A stretch of 64,000 bases of DNA from Amphiscolops sp. MND2022. Its lineage: Eukaryota. Under the pieces are notes generated by a model. The model saw only the letters and a program-made list of their open reading frames with translations, ran no database searches and was not told the origin of the DNA. Below, in pieces: positions 27,050 to 37,242 of the stretch. The stretch's first letter is position 1. The number at the start of each line of letters is the position of its first letter. The DNA lies in assembly GCA_964187785.1 (NCBI GenBank), contig OZ076409.1, positions 31,126,001-31,190,000 on the forward strand. The letters run 5' to 3'. Made by a program: the position numbers and the translations under genes.

Positions 27050-27967
27050 TTGGAGCTGCCAGAACCATGGATGATGGGAGTAACAAGTTTAGAAGTATAT
27101 AATACTGTATATAATATTACTGAAAAGAATAATAAACTTGAAATCCATTTCACACAACAACAACTCAAATCATTAAACGTTGACACTGAGTTACAGAAGA
27201 ATGTTTTTGACTATTCAAATAATTTCTATGATACAGAAACGCTGGCTTCCTATAATGAATTTATAGAAAATACTAATGAAAGTATGAATAATAGTTGTTC
27301 TAAAAATAAGAAACTTACTAGATATGATCTTAACCGTATAACAAGTAAAATTGAAGATGTTCATCAAGATGCAAAATTCCTTAATCTCGATATCGAAGGC
27401 GCTTCGCGTAAAGATCAATTAAATTCCATGAATATTCTTGAATTTGAAATTGTACACGATCACTTTGGAATAGAACTACCACCAGGAGTATATGAATTAG
27501 TTGATATAAATAGAACTATAAAACAAAAACTTTCTGATAGTGATTATGAAATTGAATTCAATATAGAAGCAGATACAATATCAATGAGATCAGTCTTAAC
27601 ATCTTCTCATGGTATACATTTTATTTCAGAATTAAATAAACTTCTAGGATTCACATATGAATACTACACAAAAGGAACTCATATATCAGAAAAACCAGGA
27701 ATGATAACAACCACAGACAAAGTTCATCTGAAGTGTGACTGTGTAGATGGTTCAATTGTTAATGGCATACGAGAACAAATTTTAGTTTCATTCAACCTTA
27801 GTGCTCCTCCTGGATATAAAATTATAAAAGAACTCAATGCTATTTTGTATAAAAAAAATAAAACAAGGTTAGGTAGTAATCAATTTTTCCTTCAGGATAA
27901 CAACCATAACCCAGTTGATTTCAACTCCGCAACATTAACTTTCAAAATTCAAATCATCGAAATTTAA
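27050..27967 (+). CDS. Minor capsid (penton-like) protein; open ORF, true start apparently lost upstream
   Basis: WMMGVTSLEVYNTVYNIT; ELPPGVYELVDIN; LNKLLGF; KVHLKCDCVDGSIVNG...LVSFNLSAPPGYKI; PVDFNSATLTFKIQI. Confidence 0.78.
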   Translation: MELPEPWMMGVTSLEVYNTVYNITEKNNKLEIHFTQQQLKSLNVDTELQKNVFDYSNNFYDTETLASYNEFIENTNESMNNSCSKNKKLTRYDLNRITSKIEDVHQDAKFLNLDIEGASRKDQLNSMNILEFEIVHDHFGIELPPGVYELVDINRTIKQKLSDSDYEIEFNIEADTISMRSVLTSSHGIHFISELNKLLGFTYEYYTKGTHISEKPGMITTTDKVHLKCDCVDGSIVNGIREQILVSFNLSAPPGYKIIKELNAILYKKNKTRLGSNQFFLQDNNHNPVDFNSATLTFKIQIIEI

Positions 27968-27979
27968 TCTAAATAAATA

Positions 27980-28381
27980 ATGAGCTTTATTAAATTTAAA
28001 AATGATTCATATTGTGTTTGTGGAAAACATTATTCCGCTACCACAAATTTTTGTGGAGATATTACTCAAAATAAAAAAAAAACAGGATTACCCGTAAAAT
28101 TATTACGTGGTACGTGTTCGACTTGTAAAAGAAATAAATCACTTATAGTATCAGATCAAACTATACAAGCCGAAGGATTGGGTGACTTCTTCCGAGGTGT
28201 AGGAAAAGTCGCCAAATTATCGGAAAGAAATATTAAATAATCCTGGAAGAGCACTAGAACTCGCAGCAAATATTGGAACTGCAGCAGCAGCAAGTAAAAA
28301 TCCAAAACTTTTTGCTGTAACTGCTCCTGATATTATAAAATTTGTTCATCAATGGAAAGGGTTATATTCAGGTAAAATTGA
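27980..28381 (+). pseudogene. Small Zn-ribbon protein with a basic amphipathic C-terminal half (candidate virion core/membrane-active protein); one frameshift near 28220
   Basis: YCVCGKH...LRGTCSTCKRNK, then EGLGDFFRGVGKVAK, continuing in another frame as NILNNPGRALELAANIGTAAA. Confidence 0.6.
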
Positions 28382-28448
28382 TTGATTTACGGGTTCGCTG
28401 GCTATGCTGTAAATTAAATAATATTTTTTATGATTAATGAATAAATTA

Positions 28449-29430
28449 TGTATTCAATTCATAATCGTGATGATTTAGAAAAATTAAAAAATTGCAATAA
28501 TCAAAAAGCTGAAAAATTAAAAGAGAAACTTGGGAACCAAGACTTTCATTGTGACATGGAAGAAGTATTTGAACCGGTTACTGCAAAGCAGGTTGAAGGT
28601 ACTAAAAACCAGAAACAATAATCTGAAAAACAAATACAATCACTACGTGATTCTTCTCAAACGACAGTACAACCAATAGAAAATCAAAAGCAGGCTATTC
28701 GAGAATCTAGTAACATCCTCAATAAAAATTTACAGAAATGTATTAAAGAAGGAATACAAGAATATGATAAAATTACTAACCGTAATAATCAACTTGTTAC
28801 AGATCTTGTTAATTCAAACCAAGTTGATTCTAGTATCGTTAGGACAGTTTCTAATTTGCTTAATGACAAAAACAAAAGTCCATTTAGTTTAGAACCAATT
28901 ACGCAAAATACGCAAAGCGCCTTCCATGCCTTCGGTGAAGGTAATCCAAATTTATTCACAATTAACCCCGATAATCCCCAACAAGTACTAATCAAACGTT
29001 CAACGATGACTTTCCAGAATGGTAACACATAATTTAAAGGATCCAGATCTTTCATATTTTATAACTAATACACAAATAGATAAAGAAATACAAAACGAGA
29101 CTCTAATTCATTCTTTTCTCAATGATATGAAATATGATCTAAATTATGGAGATAAAAAATCAAATAGATATAATTTCATTAAGCGTTCACTTCAACCCCA
29201 ATTAGGAAGTGGAATAAATAATTTTTTTCCATTTGATCCAGATGGGCTTGTAGATCAGTTAAAACTACTGTATTTTGAAAAAGTAGGAGGAAGTGATAAT
29301 CCTATGCTTAATGAACAAATCATTGCATTGCAACTGCAAATAAACTCCTGGAATATGAATTTATTACAACAAACCAACACCGAAATTTGCAAAGCACCTT
29401 CGGTAATGTTTAAAAAGGATCCGTTTGTGG
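28449..29430 (+). pseudogene. Polinton hypothetical coiled-coil protein
   Basis: Broken ORF MYSIHNRDDLEKLKK...DMEEVFEPVT...LGSG...DPDGLVDQLKLLYFEKVGG.DN...EQII, resembling a motif typical of Polinton conserved genes (recalled, not searched). Confidence 0.55.
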
Positions 29431-29468
29431 ATGAAAGATTTTATACTCCGGATTAGATTCATTACAAA

Positions 29469-30035
29469 TCAACAAATCATATACTTTTTGCCATTTTTAT
29501 CTTCTATTCTATTTATTAATAAATAATTATATTTTTCTTTCCGTGCCTCTCTGCATAAACTTTTAAATAAATCATGAGACATATCAAAACCAGCTATGTC
29601 TCTGTATATATGTTCTACATCTTTCAATGTTTGTTGAAATAAAGTTATATTCGAATTGTTTCTAATTGTTCTTTTAGGCATATCAAAACATGATTGTGAC
29701 AAATAATAAACATCTATATCATTATGTCTTCCTCTAGTAAAAATGGATCTGTTAGTTGGTGATTACTATCCAACGTATCATCAAACACAACACAACAATT
29801 TTGAAAATTTTATATTGTTCTATCTTCTAGATCTTCTTCCACTGAAATACCCCGAAGGAGCTCAGCTTGCAAACCGGTATCTCCTAGTTCAGAGTTCAGA
29901 GTACTGTTCCTGAGATCTAGTTATTATTTTCATTTGTTTTTCGGGATCATCCAAGTGAAATAATTGTAATTTGTTTAATAATAAATGAGTTTTACCACAA
30001 AATGAAAGACTAACTATTAATGTTCGAGTGAGCAT
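29469..30035 (-). pseudogene. A32/FtsK-like packaging ATPase 1
   Basis: RTLIVSLSFCGKTHLLL (degenerate Walker A); CCVVFDD (Walker B); FTRGRHNDIDVYYLSQS...IRNNSN. Confidence 0.88.
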
Positions 30036-30119
30036 ATTGTTATCAATTTCATGATTTTTATCAATTTCATTATTTAAATTTATATTATCATTATTTATTT
30101 CAATATTATTATCAATTAA

Positions 30120-30410
30120 ATGAACCTTTTAAATAAGGCATCTGTTGATAAGGCATCTCTCGATATGTTTTGATAAATGTTTTATTGAATTCCTTGTTAC
30201 AAAATTCACATTTTACTTTTTTATTGATACCTTCTATACATGTACTATATATTTTATTATTTTTGTCTTTGTAAAAGCTGTTTTCAATATATTACACTCT
30301 TTACATCTTTTTTTATTACTACAATCATCACACAGCAAAGTTGACTTTGCTGACTCTGCATACAGCGATTTTTCATTACTTCACCCACAATTTATACACT
30401 TCATTTTATT
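30120..30410 (-). pseudogene. Small Cys-rich (zinc-finger-like) protein remnant
   Basis: MKCINCG...LLCDDCSNKKRCKECN...STCIE...KVKCEFCNKEF. Confidence 0.55.
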
Positions 30411-30839
30411 AGTAAAAAAATGACTAAATCACTAAACAGATTCACTAAGAGCATATCTTCTTAAGTGTAACAAATATGCTTAGTGCTCAAATATATGCTC
30501 TTAGAAAATTAGCTTAGTGATTTTATTAAGAAAATCACTAAGAAATCCAACCGAATTTACGAAGCCAGCGAAGCTGTATTTTTGATGGTACAGCTTCGCA
30601 TACAACTTCGCTGACTCCGCAATAATGTAAAAATTTAACTTTTAGTATATCTGATTGCTTGTTCAATTACTATATTCTTAAGTTCCTCTTTAAGTTGGTC
30701 TGAAACACGTTCTCTATATAATCGTCTATTTCAGATTCATTGACTTTAATTTTATTTTGTTTACAATAATATACATAATAAAAAAATACATTGAAAGGTG
30801 TTATTTCAATTGTTTGATCTGACATCTCTTCTAAGCATA

Positions 30840-31440
30840 TTTACAATCTATTATTTTCCTCACCTATAAAAAAACCTTCATATTTTACATAATCTTCACG
30901 ACTCCATTTATGTTTAGTTGTATCATAAACTACCTGATACTTCTGGTTGAGTATTTTATACTTTTGTGATCTAGTATCGAATTCAATTATATCAAATTCT
31001 AACTGACTACGATATCAATTCCAGTTAAGTTCTTTTATACTATAAGTGCTTACTATTGTTTCAAAGAAACTATCTGGATTATTTATTGTGATATATAACT
31101 TGAAACATTTTCTCTTGCAACTGGAAGAACATCTTTTGCCTAGTGTGCAAGATAAATAACTTGTATATTATGATGCTACCAAATCGGAATAATTATTCTA
31201 CTTTTGTTCTGAAATGTTTGAATGCATCTGCATCGTCTAAAGTTATCGTTTTATTAGCAAGTGATTCAATGTTAATGTTTTCTAACTGCAACAAAGGTAC
31301 ATAATTATCACTAAACTCAGTCTCATCTCTACCGAATACTATAAAAATTGATTTAGTTTGATCTAAAAAATACTTTAGGAAAGATGTCTTACCTGCCCCC
31401 TTAGTACCATAAATTAACATTTGACAATTTGTATGACTGA
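30840..31440 (-). pseudogene. Second A32-like P-loop ATPase
   Basis: MLIYGTKGAGKTSFL (Walker A); TITLDDA (Walker B); LFRFG.HHNIQVIYLAH...V.REN. Confidence 0.8.
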
Positions 31441-31713
31441 TTGGTCTGAGTTGATGTTAAATGATGTTTAAATCCTTTGGATTGTTTTTAGTTTTTGGTA
31501 TAAATTTTTATATTATCCATCCTTAATGTAATACCAAAATTATATAATACTATAACAAAATTTACACATAATAAACCTATATAATTTTTATTTAATTCAT
31601 TTATTAGGAAAAAACACAAGCAAAGCAGTATGCGAAACCAGTGAAGCTGTTTGCGAAGCCTGCGGAGCCAGCGAAGCTGTATCACCGATTAAGTGAAAAT
31701 TTCAGATTATTAA

Positions 31714-32575
31714 ATGAATGAAAAGAAGAAAGAAATTGCTAAAGAAATATTCTATCCTGTAATCAAGAAGTTTCAAAGAATTCAAATACAAACTCACTAT
31801 AAAGATGAGTGTTGGAGCATTGATCTGCTAGACCGGTCTAGCTTAGCAAGGTACAACAAAAACTACAAGTTTATTTTCACAATAATTTATTCTCACGACA
31901 ATCATACCAAATATGCATGGGCAATTCCTGTTAAAGATAAATCAGGGAAAAGTACAACAACTGCATTCAAGAAACTCATTGAAAAAGAAATGAGAAAACC
32001 ACAAAAAGTGTGGTCAGATAGAGGTAAAGTGTTTTATAATAAAACATTTTTGGATTTTCCTAAACAAAATGAAATACAAACTTATTCAACCAATTCAGAT
32101 TTAAAAGCTGTTTTGTTGAACGATTCAATAGAACACTTTTGGACTTAATCAAAGAACCAATGTATATTGAAGGTAAAGATTGTTGGTTGAATCATCTCGA
32201 TACTGCTATGGAAAAAGATAATAATCGTGTCCATGGTACAACAAAAATGACACCATTTGAAATGTTAACTAATACTAATAAACCAATACCCCATCCGATA
32301 CTTAATGATAAAATAAAATTTCCAAAATTCCAAGTGGGAGATTTTGTAAGAGTTCCTGATAAACGCAATTTATAGAGCAAAGGTTATACAACAAATTGGA
32401 ATAGAGAACTTCCTAAAATACATAAAGTTAACAAAACGATTCCCGTTACGTATGGTTTAGTAGATGAAAACAACGAACAAATAGAAGGAAAGTAATATGA
32501 ACAAGAACATTTAAGAAGTGTATTCATGTTTAAATCTAACAACAAAACATTAGAAAGTATGACATTTTCCAACAA
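31714..32575 (+). pseudogene. Retroviral-like (rve) integrase, Polinton B; frameshift near 32115 and later stops
   Basis: WSIDLLD; DNHTKYAWAIPVKDK; KVWSDRGKVFYN; VERFNRTL; VHGTTKMTP; FQVGDFVRV; KGYTTNWNRE. Confidence 0.93.
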
Positions 32576-32601
32576 TACGAGTAATTATATTTAAATGAAT
32601 A

Positions 32602-33215
32602 ATGTCAATTCATAAATTTGGTTATAAAGCCGATAGCTTGCAAAAAGATAAAATTGAGAATCTTGAGAAAGAATTGGAATCACAAACCAAATTAATTAAC
32701 ATGAAACATAATGATATGCAAAGCGCCTTTGGTGGCATATCTGATAAATTAGAAAAGTCTTATACGCAAAGCGCCTCCGGTAATTTAGAAAATATACAAG
32801 AAATTATTTTTGACGACGGTGAAACCAAGGTAGTAGTCAATGCAAAGTCATTCTTAGATATAAATAAAGATACAGCAAAACTGGCTTCGCAAATAGAAGA
32901 TATTAAAATAAATTTGAATTATTTAGAACAAGATATTAAAAATAAACTGTTGGAAAAGAAGACATTCTTTTGGATGCTGCTAACTTAGATAAAGAACAAA
33001 CCATTTTACGTAATCATTTCGAGAGAAACCTTATGCGAAGCCAGCAAATCTGTATTTCAGGATTGGAAAAGTGTAAAAGCGAAGCAGTCAAAGATGTTAT
33101 ACAACTTTTTTATAATAAAGGATTGTTTGACTCATTTGAAAATAAAGACCAAATCTTTGAAGCTTATCTAACTTTTAGTGATGAACACTTGTTGGAAAAT
33201 ACGGAAAAGAAATAA
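32602..33215 (+). pseudogene. Hypothetical coiled-coil protein (frameshifted)
   Basis: ORFs 32602-32988 and 32970-33215 overlap as one broken gene; no recognisable motif. Confidence 0.5.
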
Positions 33216-33304
33216 AGACATCAGATGGTGTGTATTATTTATCAGACTTAGACTATTCAACAAGACAAACCGTGTTGAATAGTTTGAAGAAAGCCTTTAT
33301 TGCT

Positions 33305-34285
33305 TTATTGTTGCTTTATTTAGTGAAGCTAAGCTGACAACCAGTTCGGGGAAACATTTGGAAAAAGTGGATAAATTACATATTATAAGTATAATGCATA
33401 AACTTTTAACTTCCCAACAACAAACCAGGGAATTGATGTATGGGTTTGAAGATTCAGTCGCTATGAGAAGACAAGAACTAACAAACAATAAGACAGAGAA
33501 AGGAACATTCTTCGTGAACATCAAGTTGATTGATTTATTTGGGTTTGCTGATCAAGAAAAGGTAACATATGGTTTAGGCTATAATCTAACTTTAAAACGA
33601 AATAATAATAACGATCCCAATATGAGGAATAATGGGGTAGATGCTGCAAAAATAGTTATAAAAGATATTGGTTGGTATATTCCACACTTTACACCTAGCT
33701 TAGAAAACCAACAAGTTATGATGGATCAGTTATTGAATAAAGATCCAACTGAATTGTAATATTTGGAACGGATTGCTTTTAGAAAAGTTGTAAACACTAA
33801 TAATAATTGGACCTTTGATTTAGGAAATAGTGTAGAATCAACATCAACTTTCGTAATAGTTGGATTTCAAGCTAGAAATAAAATTGATTCGCAAACACAT
33901 GATAATGCAATATTTGATCGACTTCCATCTTCAAATGCTCTTTGTAAAATAGGATCAGAAAAATATCCTGTTGACGGAATTGACTGTGACTACAATAAGG
34001 ACAACTACCGTGAAGCATATCAAGGAATAGAAAACTTCTATCGATTGCATACAGAAACCAACCTATTGAGGCCATTTATTGATTTGCATAAATTCAGGAC
34101 AAATTATAATTTTTAAGTATTTGACTTATCCAAACAAAGATCATATTGCGAGTCAACCTATTCGATTAGAATTTAAATTTAGTGCTGCCATTGATGTAGC
34201 TGATTATATAGCTTATGCCCTAGTCCTAACACCCAAGCTCATAAGCATCAGTAGTGATTGTCAAAGGCATTTCGGTTTAATATAA
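33305..34285 (+). pseudogene. Major capsid protein (double jelly-roll type expected), 5'-truncated
   Basis: IKLIDLFGFADQEKVTYGLGYNLTLKRN; IKDIGWYIPHFTPS; FVIVGFQ; KIGSEKYP; REAY; VFDLS; IRLEFKF...YIAYALVL. Confidence 0.85.
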
Positions 34286-34399
34286 TAAAATAAGGAATCT
34301 CTGATAAAAAGATTCCTTAATAATATATAAAATGATCTTTATAGATAAATGATAAAAATATAACATTCATATATGAATCTTAGCTTCGCTGTATTTTTT

Positions 34400-34745
34400 G
34401 TGTAATTAAATTTAATATTAGTAAATTTTAAACCAGCTTTCCATGTATAACCAGGTAGAGAGTCATATTCAAAGGATTAATATTATATTCTCGTGTAGAA
34501 CTTTCCACAAAGTTTTCGAATACATCTGCTAATTGTAGAACATCCATTTGCAAATAGAACATAGTTAATTCTTGTCCTTCCTTTGTATCATTTTTTTCAA
34601 TATTTTTTTGTACGGTTAATTTCTTCATCTGATGGATAAGAGTGCTTTAGTGTTGACCAAAAAACTTCTTTTTTATATTTAAAGATTCTTGGGAATTACT
34701 AAGATTAAGATATTCATAAGGATAGGCTAATTTCTTATTTCTATA
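34400..34745 (-). pseudogene. polB: pPolB fragment, convergent with MCP; polymerase C-terminal half missing
   Basis: KKLAYPYEY; FYLQMDVLQLADVFENF; YNINPL; SLPGYTWKAGLKFTNIK, homologous to polB of element A. Confidence 0.88.
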
Positions 34746-34945
34746 NNNNNNNNNNNNNNNNNNNNNNNNNNNNNNNNNNNNNNNNNNNNNNNNNNNNNNN
34801 NNNNNNNNNNNNNNNNNNNNNNNNNNNNNNNNNNNNNNNNNNNNNNNNNNNNNNNNNNNNNNNNNNNNNNNNNNNNNNNNNNNNNNNNNNNNNNNNNNNN
34901 NNNNNNNNNNNNNNNNNNNNNNNNNNNNNNNNNNNNNNNNNNNNN
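34746..34945. other. Assembly gap (200 N)
   Basis: Run of N; adjacency across it is unverified. Confidence 1.
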
Positions 34946-35289
34946 CACTTGACAGGTTGACCAAACATACTTACCCATGCTATGATCATGCCAAGACCGT
35001 ACCATGGCGACCATGTTTCATAGTATGACCATACTATGGTCATCATGTTTCATAGTATGATCCCTCATGTTTCATAGTATGAACATAGCATGATCATAGT
35101 ATGAGAAACGATGAATTCTAGATTGAAAGTCGAGATGTCGGACATGGTAACCTCCTGTAAACAAAGTTCACAAATTGGATACCGAGTCCTTATGCTGTAT
35201 TTTTAAGGAGGCACTCAGCTCGTGAGATACATAGAATCCAACTTGACGAGACCCACGACGAGAACGTGGCCTCCGTTGGGTCTCAAAAA

Positions 35290-37230
35290 TCTAAAACTTG
35301 GGCAAAACCGCAACAAAATTATGGAAATCAGCTACTGAAAGAGGAATTAGATCTAAAACCTGGGTCAATTCGATCTAAAATCATCAGAACCTCTGGAAAG
35401 ACAGCGAAGAATATCTAAATTATGCATAATTTTATCTCTAAATCGAGAATAATAACTGAAACTTGGGCAAAATAGCTACAAAATACTGGAAAATCAACAA
35501 CTGAAAATGGAATCAGATCTAAAACCTGGATCAATTTGATCTAAAAACAAAAACTCTGGGGAGACAGCGAAGAGTATCTAAATTATGCATAATTTCGTCT
35601 CTAAATTGGGAATATCATCTAAAACTTGGGCAAAAATAGCTGCTAAATTTCGGAAGTCAGCAATTGAAGTAGCAATCAGATCTAAAACCTGGATCAATTT
35701 GATCTAAAATCATCGAAATCTCTGGAAAGAGAGCAAAAAATATCCAAATTATGCATAATTTAGTCTCTGGATTGAGAATAATATCAAAAATTACGGGGGA
35801 ATAGCTACGAAATCATGGAAATCAACAACTGAAAATGGAATCAGATCTAAAACCTGGATCAATTTGATCAAAAAACAAAAACTCTGCGAAGACAGCGAAG
35901 AGTATCTAAATTATGCATAATTTCGTCTCTAAAATGAGAATATTCTCATTTTAGAGACGAAATTATGCAGATTTTTACATCTGCAGAAATTACCCAGATT
36001 ATACATCTGATTCCTATTCCAATAGCCGATTTCCATAATTTAGCAGCTATTTTGCCCAAGTTTTAGATATTATATAATATCTAAAACGTGGGCAAAATAG
36101 CTGCTAAATTATGGAAATCGGCTATTGAAATAGGAATCAGATGTAAAATCTGGGTCAATTGGATCTGAAAACGAAAACTTTAAGATAACGCAGAGTATCT
36201 AAATTATGCATAATTTTGTCTCTAAATCAGGAACAAAAACTAAAACTTGGGCAAAATAGCTGCTAAATTATGGAAAACGGCTATTGAAATAGCAATCAGA
36301 TCTAAAATCTGGGTCAATTGGATCTAAAAACGAAAACTTTAAGATAACGAAGAGTATCTAAATTATGCATAATTTTGTCTCTAAATCGGGAACAATAACT
36401 AAAATTGGGCAAAATAGCTGCTAAATTATGGAAATCGGCTACTGAAATAGGAATCAGATCGAAAATCTGGGTCAATTGGATCTAAAAACAAAACTTCAAC
36501 ACAACGAAGAGTATCTAAATTATGCATAATTTCGCATCTACATTGAGAATATCTAAAATTTCGGCAAAATAGCTGCAAAATTATGGAAATCAGCAACTGA
36601 AATAGGAATCAGGTCTAAAACGTGGATCAATTTGATCGAAAATTATCGAAAACTCTCTGAAGACAGCGAAGAGTATCTAAATCATGCATAATTTTATCTC
36701 TAAATAGAGAATAATAACTGAAACTTGGGCAAAATAGCTGCTGAATTATAGAAATAGGCTATTGAAATAGGAATCAGTTCTTAAATCTGGGTCAATTGGA
36801 TCTAAAAACGAAAACTTTATGATAACGAAGAGTATTTAAATTATGCATAATTTTGCCTCTATATTGAGAATAATATTCGAAATTTCGGCAAAAAAGCTGC
36901 AAAATTATGGATATCAGCAACTGAATTAGGAATCAGATCTACAACCTGGATCACTTTGATCGAAAAACGAAAACTCTGGGAAGACAACGAAGAATTATGC
37001 ATAAGTTTGCGTCTTAATCGAGAAACACAACTAAAAGTTGAGCAAAATTGCTGCTAAATTATGGAAATCGGATATTGAAAAAGGAATCAGATCGAAAATC
37101 TGGGTCAATTGGATCTAAAAACGAAAACTGTAAGACAACGGAGCGTATCTAAAGTATGCATTTTTCGCGTCTATATTGAGAATATCTAAAATTTGGGCAA
37201 AATAGCTGCAAAATTATGAAACCAGCAATT
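35290..37230. repeat. ~160-bp satellite array (left) with an internal inversion
   Basis: Recurring aaacttgggcaaaatagctgc...ggaatcagatctaaaacctggatc...gaagagtatctaaattatgcataat at 158-166-bp spacing. Confidence 0.95.
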
Positions 37231-37242
37231 ATGAAACCAGCT

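Larger units (their letters stand above)
26985..34745. mobile_element. Polinton/Maverick (adintovirus-like) element B, partly degenerate, running into the assembly gap
   Basis: Compact, very AT-rich, intronless gene array: minor capsid, Zn-ribbon protein, hypothetical, two ATPases, integrase, MCP, pPolB. Confidence 0.92.

Noticed and set aside
34647..35046. ORFs crossing the N run
   Set aside because: Artefacts of the assembly gap.
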